DNA of 64,000 bases from Mustelus asterias (GCF_964213995.1 NW_027590120.1:1922001-1986000), one strand, 5' to 3'; positions 25,329 to 37,985 are shown, counted from the first letter of the stretch. Numbers and translations are program-made. The notes: generated by a model from the letters alone, not told the origin.

Positions 25329-26117
25329 GCTTTCCAGACCCCCCTTGGGGGGGGGTCTTTCTTGGGCTTTCTTTGTACATCGACTCCCTTAGTTAGAAAT
25401 GGGGCGGATTAAAAGTTCTCAAATGGACGTCAGCACCCTTCCTTTGTTTTAATCGAATGACCACATGGTCTGGGAATCATTTCTATTTAATACTCTCTCT
25501 TTTTAAACTCTTTTCTTCAGTATCCAATTCCAGAATTTTCCTTTCCTTTGTGTGACTTGTGTCAGGAATAAATCTTTGGACCTGACAGGAAGTTTAACCC
25601 AAGATCAATCCAACACAGGATTGGTCAGAATCATTTCACATGTGTCAAATTTTAAAGAACCATTACAAATTAAAACTCTCATTCTCACATGGGTGAATTG
25701 TATCCGGATTAAAATTTCCAGATGTTTAGTAAAATATCCTGGAATCCTGTCTCTGGCCAGTAAATATGGCTCCAGGTTCATAACTTCTGAACAAAAAAAG
25801 TTTTATTGATCACACTTCCTTTTTTAAAAATCTGTTTGATTTAAATCACAGACAGAAAACCTCAAAGCTTGAAGCATTCAACCTACAAATATCATCCATA
25901 CACAAACAGAGAAACTTAGCATATGCTTTACAACAACAATGACCAAAATTAATTACTTAAGCGTTCTTGTGATCCTGTTTTTAAACTTCCAAAAATGCCT
26001 TTAATTAAAGACTCAAGACAAGGTTAATTCCCCAGAAAGATAAACCTGAACAAATGTAGCCCAAAACAATGATAAAACACATCTACAAACATCCACAAAA
26101 AACAAATGAAACACACA

Positions 26118-26750
26118 GGTGGAAAAAGTGGTGAAGGCATATGGCATGCTTGCTTTTATTGGACGGGGCATAGAGTATAAAAGTTGGCACATGATGTTGC
26201 AGTTATATCGAACGTTGGTTAGGCCGCATTTGGAATACTGCGTCCAGTTCTGGTCACCACACTACCAGAAGGACGTGGAGGCTTTGGAGAGAGTGCAGAA
26301 AAGGTTTACCAGGATGTTGCCTGGTATGGAGGGTATTAGCTAGGAGGAGAGATTGAGTAAACTAGGGTTGTTCTCTCTGGAAAGAGGTTGAGGGGGCAAC
26401 CTAATAGAAGTTTATAACATTACGAAGGGCATAGATAGGGTGAACAGTTGGAAGCTTTTTCCCAGGTCAGAAATGACAAACACAAGGGGTCACAAGTTCA
26501 AGGTAAGGGGGGCAAGGTTCAATACAGATATGCGGGGGACGTATTTTACACAGAGGGTGGTGGGGGCCTGGAATGCACTGCCAAGCAAGGTGGTTGAGGC
26601 AGACACGCTAGGATCATTTAAGACTTATCTAGATAACCACATGAACAGACTGGGAATAGAGGGATACAAACGGATGGTATGTTAGGAATACATGATCGGT
26701 GCAGACTTGGAGGGCCGAAGGGCCTGTTCCTGTGCTGTATTGTTCTTTGT
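26118..26750 (+). mobile_element. CR1 LINE 3' fragment
   Basis: ORFs 26119-26685; nearly identical to 31960-32598. Confidence 0.9.
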
Positions 26751-28164
26751 ACATATTCCAGACTTTCACTCGACTGTCGGTGGATATCAGATTGGTATAT
26801 TCCATTATAGGGTCTGTTCTGTGCTGTACTGTTCTATGTTCTATAACATCTTTGTTGATTTAAAACCCCAAACACGTTACACCCAAACACCGGCAAAATC
26901 TTTGTTCTTTATCTGGGGATAAAATTCTCAGTTATTCCAAATTCCTCCAGGCTATGCTTAATATTTCCACATTTAACTTATTCCCAGAAATCCTCAATTA
27001 TAAACTAAAATAGACACATGAGTTTCCGGGCAGTCTCAGGAATATGGTCAAGATAGTCCAGTCCCACAATGCCTCACATTCAATCTGCAGTCCTTCAATT
27101 ATAACAGAATATGTGGCTGTATGTAGCTGCCTTGGCCATGGTCAACCCCAACCCCAAGGGTGCCCTTCTTGAACTGCTGCAATGCCTGAGGTGTACGTAC
27201 ACCCACAGTGCTGTTAGGAAGGGACTTCCATCGAAACACAGAAAAACTACAGCACAATACCAGCCCTTCAGCCCACAAAGTTGTGCCGAACATGTCCCTA
27301 CCTTAGCGATTACTAGGCTTACCTATAACCCTCTATCTTACTAAGTTCCATGTACTTATCTAAAAGTCTCTTAAAAGACCCAATCGAATCCGCCTCCACC
27401 ACCGTTGCTGGCAGCCCATTCCACGCACCCACCAACCTCTGAGTGAAAAACTTACCCCTGACATCTCCTCTGTACCTACCCCCCAGCACCTTAAACCTGT
27501 GTGGTCTTGTGGCAACCATTTCAGCCCTGGGAAAAAGCCTCTGACTATCCACTCGATCAATACCTCGCAACATCTCATACACCTCTATCAGGTCACCCCT
27601 CATCCTTCATGTCTCCAAGGAGAAAAGACTGAGCTCACTCAACCTATCCTCATAAGGCATGTCACCTAATCCAGGCAACATCCTTGTAAATCTCCTCTGC
27701 ACCCTTTCTATGATTTCCACATCCTTCTGTAATGAGGCGACCAGAACTGAGCACAGTACCCCAAGTGTGGTCTGACCAGGGTCTTATATAGCTGCAACAT
27801 TATCTCACGACTCCTAAGCTCAATTCCTCGATTGATGAAGGCCAGTACACCATCCGCCTTCTTAACCACAGCCTCAACCTGCACAGCTGCTTTGAGCGTC
27901 TTACGAACTCTGACCCCAAGATCTTTCTGATCTTCCACTCTGCCAAGAGTCCTACCATTAATATTATATTCCGCCATCCTATTTGACCTGCCAAATGAAC
28001 CACCTCACACTTATCTGGGTTGAACTCCATCTGCCACTTCTCCACCCAGTCTTGCATCCTATCAATGTCTCGCTGCACCTTCTGACATCTCTCCACACTA
28101 TCCACAACACCTCCAACCTTTGTGTCATCAGCAAACTTGCCAACCCATCCTTTCACTTCCTCAT

Positions 28165-30863
28165 GGAATTGCGGATAGCGAAGAGCATTGTCGGGCAATA
28201 CAGCAGGATATCGATAGGCTGGAAAATTGGGCGGAGAGGTGGCAGATGGAATTTAATCCGGATAAATGCGAAGTGATGCATTTTGGAAGAAATAATGTAG
28301 GGAGGAGTTAGAACATAGAACATAGAACATTACAGCGCAGAACAGGCCCTTCGGCCCACGATGTTGCACCGACCAGTTAAAAAAAAAACTGTGACCCTCC
28401 AACCTAAACCAATTTCTTTTCGTCCATGAACCTATCTACGGATCTCTTAAACGCCCCCAAACTAGGCGCATTTACTACTGATGCTGGCAGGGCATTCCAA
28501 TCCCTCACCACCCTCTGGGTAAAGAACCTACCCCTGACATCGGTTCTATAACTACCCCCCCTCAATTTAAAGCCATGCCCCCTCGTGCTGGATTTCTCCA
28601 TCAGAGGAAAAAGGCTATCACTATCCACCCTATCTAAACCTCTAATCATCTTATATGTTTCAATAAGATCCCCTCTTAGCCGCCGCCTTTCCAGCGAAAA
28701 CAATCCCAAATCCCTCAGCCTCTCCTCATAGGATCTCCCCTCCATACCAGGCAACATCCTGGTAAACCTCCTCTGCACCCTCTCCAAAGCCTCCACATCC
28801 TTCCTGTAATGTGGGTACCAGAACTGCACACAGTACTCCAAGTGCGGCCGCACCAGAGTTGTGTACAGTTGCAACATAACGCTACGACTCCTAAATTCAA
28901 TCCCCCTACCAATAAACGCCAAGACACCATATGCCTTCTTAACAACCTTATCTACTTGATTCCCAACTTTCAGGGATCTATGCACACATACACCTAGATC
29001 CCTCTGCTCCTCCACACTATTCAAAGTCCTCCCGTTAGCCCTATACTCAACACATCTGTTATTCCTACCAAAGTGAATTACCTCACACTTCTCCGCATTA
29101 AACTCCATCCGCCACCTCTCGGCCCAACTTTGCAACCTGTCTAAGTCTTCCTGCAAACTACGACACCCTTCCTCACTGTCTACCACACCACCGACTTTGG
29201 TGTCATCAGCAAATTTGCTAATCCACCCAACTATACCCTCATCCAGATCATTAATAAATATTACAAACAGCAGTGGCCCCAAAACAGATCCCTGAGGTAC
29301 ACCACTTGTAACCGCACTCCATGATGAATATTTACTATCAACCACCACCCTCTGTTTCCTATCCGCTAGCCAATTCCTGATCCAATTTCCTAGATCACCC
29401 CCAATCCCATACATCTGCATTTTCTGCAGAAGCCTACCATGGTGAACCTTATCAAACGCCTTACTAAAATCCATATATACCACGTCCACTGCCTTGCCCC
29501 CATCCACCTCCTTGGTCACTTTCTCAAAAAACTCAATAAGGTTAGTAAGGCACGACCTACCTGCCACAAAACCATGCTGACTATCACCTATCAATTCATT
29601 ACTCTCCAAATAACTATAAATCCTATCCCTTATAATTTTTTCCAACATCTTGCCGACAACAGAAGTGAGACTCACCGGTCTATAATTCCCGGGGAAGTCT
29701 CTGTTCCCCTTCTTAAACAATGGGACAACATTCGCTAACCTCCAATCTTCTGGTACTATACCAGAGGCCAACGACGACCTGAAGATCAGAGCCAGAGGCT
29801 CTGCAATCACTTCTCTTGCCTCCCAGAGAATCCTTGGATAAATCCCATCCGGACCAGGGGATTTATCTATTTTCAGACCCTCCAGAATATCCTGCACATC
29901 CTCCTTATCAACTGTAATACTGTCTATTCTACTCCCTTGCAACCCAGTGTCCTCCTCAGCTATATTCATGTCCCCTTGCGTGAACACCGAAGAGAAATAT
30001 TGGTTCAATGCTTCACCAATCTCCTCCGGTTCCACACATAACTTCCCTCTGCCATCTATAACTGGCCCTAAACTTGCCCTAACCAACCTTCTGTTCTTGA
30101 CATACCTATAGAACGCCTTAGGATTCTCTTTAACCTATACAATAAATGGCAGAGTCATCAGGAGTATAGAAACACAGAGGGACCTAGGTGTGCAAGTCCA
30201 CAAATCCTTGAAGGTGGCAACACAGGTGGAGAAGGTGGTGAAGAAGGCATATGGTATGCTTGCCTTTATAGGATGGGGTATAGAGTATAAAAGCTGGAGT
30301 CTGATGATGCAGCTGTATAGAACGCTGGTTAGGCCACATTTGGAGTACTGCGTCCAGTTCTGGACGCCGCACTACCAGAAGGACGTGGAGGCATTGGAGA
30401 GAGTGCAGAGAAGGTTTACCAGGATGTTGCCTGGTATGGAGGGTCTTAGCTATGAGGAGAGATTGGGTAGACTGGGGTTGTTCTCCTTGGAAAGACAGAG
30501 AATGAGGGGAGATCTAATAGAGGTGTACAAGATTATGAAGGGTATAGATAGGGTGAACAGTGGGAAGCTTTTTCCCAGGTCGGAGGTGACGATCACGAGG
30601 GGTCATGGGCTCAAGCTGAGAGGGGCGAAGTATAACTCAGACATCAGAGGGACGTTTTTTACACAGAGGGTGGTGGGGGCCTGGAATGCGCTGCCAAGTA
30701 GGGTGGTGGAGGCAGGCACGCTGACATCGTTTAAGACTTACCTGGATAGTCACATGAGCAGCCTGGGAATGGAGGGATACAAACGATTGGTCTAGTTGGA
30801 CCAAGGAGCAGCACAGGCTTGGAGGGCCGAAGGGCCTGTTTCCTGTGCTGTACTGTTCTTTGT
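28165..30863 (+). mobile_element. CR1 LINE (middle element; pieces 28165-28308 and 30136-30863)
   Basis: HFGRNNVGRS|YTINGR continues across the inner insert; TCAT is duplicated at 28161-28164 and 30864-30867. Confidence 0.85.
28309..30135 (-). mobile_element. Young 5'-truncated CR1 LINE (inner element) with an uninterrupted 560-aa RT-containing ORF
   Basis: ORF 28404-30086 with [35 protein letters not shown]; (TGTTCTA)n tail at 28309-28330. Confidence 0.95.
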
Positions 30864-31080
30864 TCATCCAGGTCATTTATAAAAATCACAAAGAGTAAGG
30901 GTCCCAGAACAGATCCCTGGGGCACTCCACTGGTGACCGACCTCCATGCAGAATATGACCCGTCTATAACCACTCTTTGCCTTCTGTGGGCAAGCCAGTT
31001 CTGGATCCACAAAGCAATGTCCCCTTGGATCCCATGCCCCCTCACTTTCTCAATAAGCCTTGCATGGGGCACCTTATCAA

Positions 31081-32598
31081 GTTTCCAGTTACTGAGAGAG
31101 ACAAGAGATGAAATTGCTGGGCCTCTCACAAAAATCTTTGTTTCTTCATTGGACACAGGTGAGGTCCCAGAGGATTGGAGGATAGCAAATGTGGTCCCGT
31201 TATTTAAGAAGGGTAGCAAGGATAACCCGGGTAATTATAGGCCAGTGAACTTGATGTCCGTGGTAGGGAAATTGTTGGAGAAGATTCTTAGAGATAGGAT
31301 CTATACACATTTAGAACTGAATAATCTCATTAGCGATAGACAACATGGTTTTGTACAAGGGAGGTCATGCCTCATAAATTTGGTTGAGTTTTTTGAGGAG
31401 GTGACAAAAATGACTGACGAGGGAAGGGCCGTGGATGTCGTCGACATGGATTTTAGTAAAGCGTTTGACAACGTCCCTCATGGAAGGCTGGTGCAAAAGG
31501 TTAAATCTCACGGGATCAAAGGTGAACCAGCTAGATGGGTACAGAACTGGCTTAGCCATAGAAGACAGAGGGTAGCAGTGGAGGGGTCTTTTTCTGATTG
31601 GAGGTCTGTGACTAGTGGTGTTCTACAGGGCTCTGTATTGGGACCTCTGCTGTTTGTGATATATATAAATGATTTGGAGGAAGATGTAGCTGGTGTGATC
31701 AGTAAGTTTGCGGACGACACAAAGATTGCTGGAGTTGTGGATTGTGATGAACATTGTCAGAGAATACAGCAGGATATAGATAGGCTGGAAAATTGGGTGG
31801 AGAAATGGCAGATGGAATTTAATCCAAATAAATGTGAAGTGATGCATTTTGGTAGATCTAATGCAGGGGGGAGCTATACAATAAATGGCAGAACCATCAG
31901 GAGTATAGACACACAGAGGGATCTGGGTGTGCAAGTCCACGATCCTTAAAGGTGGCAGCACAGGTGGAAAAGGTGGTGAAGAAGGCATATGGCATGCTTG
32001 CCTTTATTGGGGCATAGAGTATAAAAGTTGGCACATGGTGTTGCAGTTATATGGAACGTTGGTTCGGCCGCATTTGGAATACTGTGTCCAGTTCTGGTCA
32101 CCACACTACCAGAAGGACGCGGAGACTTTGGAGAGAGTACAGAAAAGGTTTACCAGGATGTTGCCTGGTATGGAGGGTATTAGCTATGAGGAGAGATTGA
32201 GTAAACTCGGGTTGTTCTCCCTGGAAAGACGGAGGTTGAGGGGCGACCTAATAGAAGTTTACAAAATTACGAAGGGCATAGATAGGGTGAACAGTTGGAA
32301 GCTTTTTTCCAGGTCAGCAATGACAAACACAAGGGGTCACAAGTTCAAGGTAAGGGGGGCAAGGTTCAATACAGATATGCGGGGGACGTATTTTACACAG
32401 AGGGTGGTGGGGGCCTGGAGTGCACTACCAAGCAAGGTGGTTGAGGCAGACACGCGAGAAACATTTAAGACTCATCTTGATAACCACATGAACGACTAGG
32501 AATAGAGGGATACAAATGGATGGTCTAGTTAGGAACACATGATCAGCGCAGGCTTGGAGGGCCGAAGGGCCTGTTCCTGTGCTGTATTGTTCTTTGTG
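31081..32598 (+). mobile_element. CR1 LINE 5'-truncated (RT, frameshifted)
   Basis: ORFs 30819-31949 and 31927-32499 with RT motifs; CR1 3'UTR. Confidence 0.9.
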
Positions 32599-33196
32599 CT
32601 TTAAAATAGACACATGAGTTTCCGGGCAGTCACAGGAATGTGGTCAAGATAGTCCAGTCCCACAATGCCTCACATTCAATCTGCAGTCCTTCAATTATAA
32701 CAGAATATGTGGCTGTATGGAGCTGCCTTGGCCGTGGTCAACCCCAACCCCAAGGGTGCCTTCCTGAACTGCTGCAATGCCTGAGGTGTACGTACACCCA
32801 CATTGCTGTTAGGAAGGGACTTCCAGCTACATATTCCAGACTTTCACTGGACTGTAGGTGAATATCAGATTGATATATTCCATTCAACCACACCCAAGGT
32901 GTGTTATTCCAATTCCTTTATTGTCCAGGACAATACATTCACAATATCTTTCAAACAGAAATTAAACATTCCCATTTGATTTCAGACAGTAACATATTCT
33001 GTTAGTTTGTTCTTTATTGTCAATGTCAGGCTGGGGTTGTTTTCCTTGGAGCAAAGGAGGTTGAGGGGAGATTTGATAGATGGGGGACAAGATTCTGACA
33101 GGTTTAGATAAGGTGGACAAAGAAAAGCTGTTCCCATTAGCTGATGGAACAAGGACGAGGGGGGACACAGATTTCTTGTTTTGGGTTAGAGATGCA

Positions 33197-33270
33197 AGGG
33201 AGGGGGGAGTGGGGGGCTGGGGGGGGGGGGGGGGGGGGGCAGTGGGGTGGGGGGGGAATTGAGGGGGGAG
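33197..33270 (+). repeat. Poly-G / G-rich tract (21 consecutive G at 33219-33239)
   Basis: Seen directly. Confidence 0.9.
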
Positions 33271-33399
33271 ATGTGAGGAAGAATATTCTGATGCAGTGAA
33301 TGGTAATGACCTGAAACTCGCTGTCTATGAGGGTGGAGGAAGTGGAGACAATAAACAATTAAAAAGGAAATTGGATGGGCATTTGGGATGTTCCAAACT

Positions 33400-34465
33400 G
33401 AACGAAGAACAAAGAAAATTACAGCACAGAAACAAGCCCTTCGGCCCTCCAAGCCTGCAGCAACCATGCTGCCCGTCTGAACTAAAACCCCCTACCTTTC
33501 CGGGACCATATCCCTCTATTCCTATGCTATTCATATATTTGTCAAGACACATCTTAAAAGTCACTATCGTATCTGCTTCCACTACCTCCCCCGGCAACAA
33601 GTTCCAGGCACCCACCACCCTCTGTGTAAAAAACCTGCCTTGTACATCTCCTTTAAACCTTGCCCCTCGCACCTTAAACCTATGCCCCCCAGTAACTGAC
33701 TCTTCCACTCTGGGAAAAAGCTTCTGACTATCCACTCTGTCCATGCCCCTCATAATCTTGGAGACTTCTATCAGGTCTCCCCTCAACCTCCGTCGTTCCA
33801 GTGAGAACAGACCAGGTTTCTCCAAACTCTCCTCATAGCTAATGCCCTCCACACCAGGCAACATCCTGATAAATATTTTCCGTACCCTCTCCAAAGCCTC
33901 CACATTCTTCGGGTAGTGTGGTGACCAGAATTGAACACTAGATTCCAAGTGCGGTCAAACTAAGGTTCTATAAAGCTGCAACATGACTTGCCAATTTTTA
34001 AACTCAATGCCCCGGCCGATGAAGGCAAGCATGCCATATGCTTTCTTGACTACCTTCTCCACCTGCATTACCACTTTCAATGACCTGTGTACCTGTACAC
34101 CGAGATCCCTCTGCCTATGAATGCTCTTAAGGGTTCTGCCATTTACTGTATATTTCCATTCTGTATTAGACCTTCCAAAATGCATTACCTCACATTTGTC
34201 CGGATTAAACTTCATCTGCCATCTCTCCGCCCAATTCTCCAACTGCTCTATATCCTGCTGTATCCTTTGCCGTTCCCCATCGCTATCCGCAATTCCACCA
34301 ACCTTTGTGTCGTCCACAAACTTACCAATCAAACCAGTTACATTTTCCTCCAGATCATTTATATATATTACAAACAGCAAAAGTCCCAGCACTGATCCCT
34401 GCGGAATGTCACTTGTCACAGCCCTCCATTCAGAAAGGTACCTTTGCACTGCCAACCTCTGTTTT
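33400..34465 (-). mobile_element. CR1 LINE 3' fragment inserted downstream of gene B
   Basis: ORFs 33955-34455 and 33325-33948 with RT and C-terminal motifs. Confidence 0.9.
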
Positions 34466-34706
34466 CTTCTGACTAAATATCTCTAAACTTCCTAACACCC
34501 TGTCACTCTGTGATCCTTGTGACATTTGAAACCAGGTATTTGCAAAAAGACTCAAAGAGCATTAACCCACTGGAGGCTGAGACCAGCCAGTCCAGCACAA
34601 AGAAACCCTCTGACCCTTCCCATTGACCAACTGTGAGAATGAACAAAATGCAATCCTGGATGTAATTGAGAGCAGGAACAATAACAGCAGAATCCAACCT
34701 CTGGAA

Positions 34707-36812
34707 TCACTCGTGAACTTGCTGGTGCCTCAGCAGCCGGGATGAAACGCTGAAACCCTTCCCACACACAGAGCAGGTGAACGGCCTCTCCCCAGTGTGA
34801 ACTCGCTCGTGCGTCTGCAGGTTGGATAACTGAGTGAATTCTTGCCCGCACTGAGAGCAGGTGAACGGCCTCTCCCCAGTGTGAACTCGCTGGTGTGTTT
34901 GCAGGTTGGAAAGCTGAGTGAATCCCTTCCCACACTGAGAGCAGGTGAACGGCCTCTCCCCTGTGTGAACTCGCTGGTGTGCCCGCAGGCTGGATGACTG
35001 AGTGAATCCCTGCCCACACTGAGAGCAGGTGAATGGTTTCTCCCCTGTGTGAACCCGCTGGTGTGTCCGCAGGTCGGATGACCGAGTGAATCCCTTCCCA
35101 CACTGAGAGCAGGTGAATGGTCTCTCCCCAGTGTGAACTCGCTGGTGTGTCTGCAGGCTGGATAACCGAGTGAATCCCTTCCCACACTGAGGGCAGGTGA
35201 ACGGTCTCTCTCCAGTGTGAACTCGCTGGTGTGTCCGCAGATGGGTTGACCGAGTGAAACCCTTCCCACACTGAGAGCAGGTGAACGGCCTTTCCCCAGT
35301 GTGAACTCGCTGGTGTGTCTGCAGGCTGGATAACTGAGTGAATCCCTTCCCACACTGAGAGCAGGTGAACGGCCTCTCTCCAGTGTGAACTCGCTGGTGT
35401 CTCTGCAGGCTGGATAACTGAATGAATCCCTTCGCACACTGAGAGCAGGTGAATGGTCTCTCTCCAGTGTGAACTCGCTGATGTGTCTGCAAGTGGGATG
35501 ACAGAGTGAATCCCTTCTCACATTGAGAGCAGGTGAACGGTCTCTCCCCAGTGTGAACTCGCTGATGTCTCTGCAGGTGGGATGACCGAGTGAATCCCTT
35601 CCCACACTGAAAGCAGGTGAATGGGGGCTTCTCCCCAGTGTGAACTCGCTGGTGTGCCCGCAGGTCGGATGACCGAGTGAATCCCTTCCCACACTGAGAG
35701 CAGGTGAACGGCCTCTCCCCAGTGTGAACTCGCTGGTGTGCCTGCAGGTTGGATAACTGATTGAATCCCTTCCCACACTGAGAGCAGGTGAACGGCCTCT
35801 CCCCAGTGTGAATTCGCTGGTGTGTCAGCAGGCTGGATGACCGAGTGAATCCCTCCCCACACTGAGAGCAAGTGAATGGCCTCTCCCCTGTATGAACTCG
35901 CTGGTGTGTCCACAGCTCGGATAACTGAATGAATCCCTTCCCACACTGAGAGCAGGTGAATGGCCTCTCCCCAGTGTGAACTCGCTGGTGTCTCTGCAGG
36001 CTGGATAACTGAGTGAACCTCTTACCACACTGAGAGCAGGTAAATGGCCTCTCTCCAGTGTGAACTCGCTGGTGTCTCTGCAGGCGGGATGACTGAGTGA
36101 ATCCATCCCCACACTGAGAGCAGGTGAACGGCCTCTCCCCAGTGTGAACTCGCTGGTGTATCTGCAGGCTGGATAAATGAGTGAATTCCTTCTCACACTG
36201 AGAGCAAGTGAACGGCCTCTCTCCAGTGTGAACTCGCTGGTGTGTCTGCAGGTGGGATGACTGAGTGAATCCCTCCCCACATTGAGAACAGGTGAACGGC
36301 CTCTCTTCAGTGTGAACTCGCTGGTGTGACTGCAGGCGGGATGACCGAGTGAATCCCTCCCCACACTGAGAGCAGGTGAACGGCCTCTCCCCAGTGTGAA
36401 CTCGCTGGTGTGTCTGCAGGCTGGATAAATAAGTGAATTCCTTCTCACACTGAGAGCAAGTGAACGGCCTCTCTCCAGTGTGAACTCGCTGGTGTCTCTG
36501 CAGGCTGGATATCCGAGTGAATCCCTTCCCACACTGAGAGCAGGTGAAGGGCCTCTCCCCAGTGTGAACTCGCTGGTGTCTCTGCAGGTGGGATGACTGA
36601 GTGAATCCCACCCCACATTGAGAGCAGGTGAACGGCCTCTCCCCAGTGTGAACTCGCTGGTGTCTCTGCAGGTTGGATAACTGACTGAATCCCTTCCCAC
36701 ATTGAGAGCAGATGAACGGCCTCTCCCCAGTGTGGCTGCGCCGATGAGCTTCCAGCTCTGATGGGGTTCCGTATCCCTTCCCACAGTCCGCACATTTCCA
36801 TGGTTTCGCCAT
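34707..36812 (-). CDS. C2H2 zinc-finger protein, 25 fingers, 701 aa (gene B)
   Basis: Uninterrupted ORF MAKPWKC...HQQVHE starting at ACCATGG; acceptor ttttccag at about 37164; inverted paralog of gene A. Confidence 0.9.
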   Translation of the reverse strand: MAKPWKCADCGKGYGTPSELEAHRRSHTGERPFICSQCGKGFSQLSNLQRHQRVHTGERPFTCSQCGVGFTQSSHLQRHQRVHTGERPFTCSQCGKGFTRISSLQRHQRVHTGERPFTCSQCEKEFTYLSSLQTHQRVHTGERPFTCSQCGEGFTRSSRLQSHQRVHTEERPFTCSQCGEGFTQSSHLQTHQRVHTGERPFTCSQCEKEFTHLSSLQIHQRVHTGERPFTCSQCGDGFTQSSRLQRHQRVHTGERPFTCSQCGKRFTQLSSLQRHQRVHTGERPFTCSQCGKGFIQLSELWTHQRVHTGERPFTCSQCGEGFTRSSSLLTHQRIHTGERPFTCSQCGKGFNQLSNLQAHQRVHTGERPFTCSQCGKGFTRSSDLRAHQRVHTGEKPPFTCFQCGKGFTRSSHLQRHQRVHTGERPFTCSQCEKGFTLSSHLQTHQRVHTGERPFTCSQCAKGFIQLSSLQRHQRVHTGERPFTCSQCGKGFTQLSSLQTHQRVHTGERPFTCSQCGKGFTRSTHLRTHQRVHTGERPFTCPQCGKGFTRLSSLQTHQRVHTGERPFTCSQCGKGFTRSSDLRTHQRVHTGEKPFTCSQCGQGFTQSSSLRAHQRVHTGERPFTCSQCGKGFTQLSNLQTHQRVHTGERPFTCSQCGQEFTQLSNLQTHERVHTGERPFTCSVCGKGFSVSSRLLRHQQVHE

Positions 36813-37599
36813 GGTGCAGGTGTCCTTACCTCACTCTTGAGTGGACAATTAGTTGAAACTTCGTCCACACACAGAACAAGATTACAGTCTCCACCTGCTG
36901 TGAATGGTGTGATATTTATTCAGACTGTGTAACTGGTTAAAGCTCTTTAGTCAGTGCATTGGAACACACTCACTCAAGTGTGGCAGTGTGTTGACGCTTT
37001 TTCACTCACACTGACATTTCAAATCTTTTCAAATCGACAGACTGGACAATCATTTCTCCTTCTGGATTCAAAGTCCGATGATATTGAGGTCCCAAGGAAT
37101 ATGACTCTGTCAGATCTAGACGTGACGTTTGAGATTTCAGCCTGTGATTCCTCTTTCAATATCCTGGAAAATGAGTTTCCAAAAGTCATCAGTGTCAGTA
37201 CAGGATAGAAATTCAGAACAGACAATTTCTGTGGAACATTCTTTCCTCTCTCATTCAGAGGGTGGGTTCTCCCCCGCATATGCACAGCTTCCCCTCTCCC
37301 TCGCACATTTTGCAGTCCCGGGCGGGGGGAGGGGGAGATCACCGAGCGGCTTCTCGCTCTGGCCAGAGCCGTCAGCCGGTTGCTTGGAAACCTTGGCTCG
37401 ATGTGGTGTAGGGGGAGGGGAACAATGGGTGGGGGCGGGGCTCCCGGGTCCGCGCGCCCGGGCCTGCACCATGGAACCCGGAGACATCACCGCGGAGCGC
37501 AGTGATTCCTATTGGCTGATTCAGGCAGGGTTCTATCGTAGCGTCACAATGCGGAAGTTGTCCAATGAGCTTCAGAGTGAAATTTCGCTCTCCGATCAC

Positions 37600-37700
37600 A
37601 TTCCATTGTGACGTCACACACTCACCCATTCCATTGTGATGTCACACCCTCACCCATTCCATTGTGACCTCACACTCTCACCCATTCCATTGTGACGTCA
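37600..37700. repeat. 28-bp minisatellite, about 3.5 units, with CRE sites
   Basis: Unit attccattgtgacgtcacacactcaccc; perfect TGACGTCA in the first and last units. Confidence 0.85.
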
Positions 37701-37985
37701 GGGCTTCCCTCTCCGATCACAATCCCTGCCGGCCTCCCACATGCAGCCTCAATGGCGGCAGTCAGCCCGGGTCTAACACTACAAGCTGCCGCTCCATTTG
37801 GTACAAAGGGGGGACCGGGAAGTTCATTTCCGGGGTCTGGGTTTGAACAACATGTTTACAAAGTCTCTCCACCCACTCGCCACATTTATCATTCCCCGCG
37901 CGCCGCCCTCTACCTCGTATTGATCTCGCCTCCAAATTAAAACCGCCCGTCTACCCGTCGCCATTACCCGCACTGCGCATGCTTC

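Larger units (their letters stand above)
27232..31080 (-). mobile_element. CR1 LINE (outer element of the nest; pieces 27232-28164 and 30864-31080)
   Basis: RT sequence ...cacttcctcat|ccaggtcatttat... is continuous once the insert is removed. Confidence 0.85.

Noticed and set aside
30731-31949. Chimeric RT ORFs (30819-31949, 30731-31219) as a novel protein
   Set aside because: They run across junctions between oppositely oriented CR1 fragments.
34707-36812. CRISPR-like repeat/spacer array
   Set aside because: The period is 84 bp and in frame with C2H2 fingers; the context is eukaryotic with no cas genes.
34707-36812. PRDM9 gene call
   Set aside because: No PR/SET, KRAB or SSXRD exon is visible and there are many paralogs; only the evolutionary pattern is similar.
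34552-36868. Long repetitive ORFs ([10 protein letters not shown]..., TPASSHWGE...) as separate genes
   Set aside because: They are shadow frames of the C2H2 repeat; only the finger frame has a recognisable domain and Kozak start.
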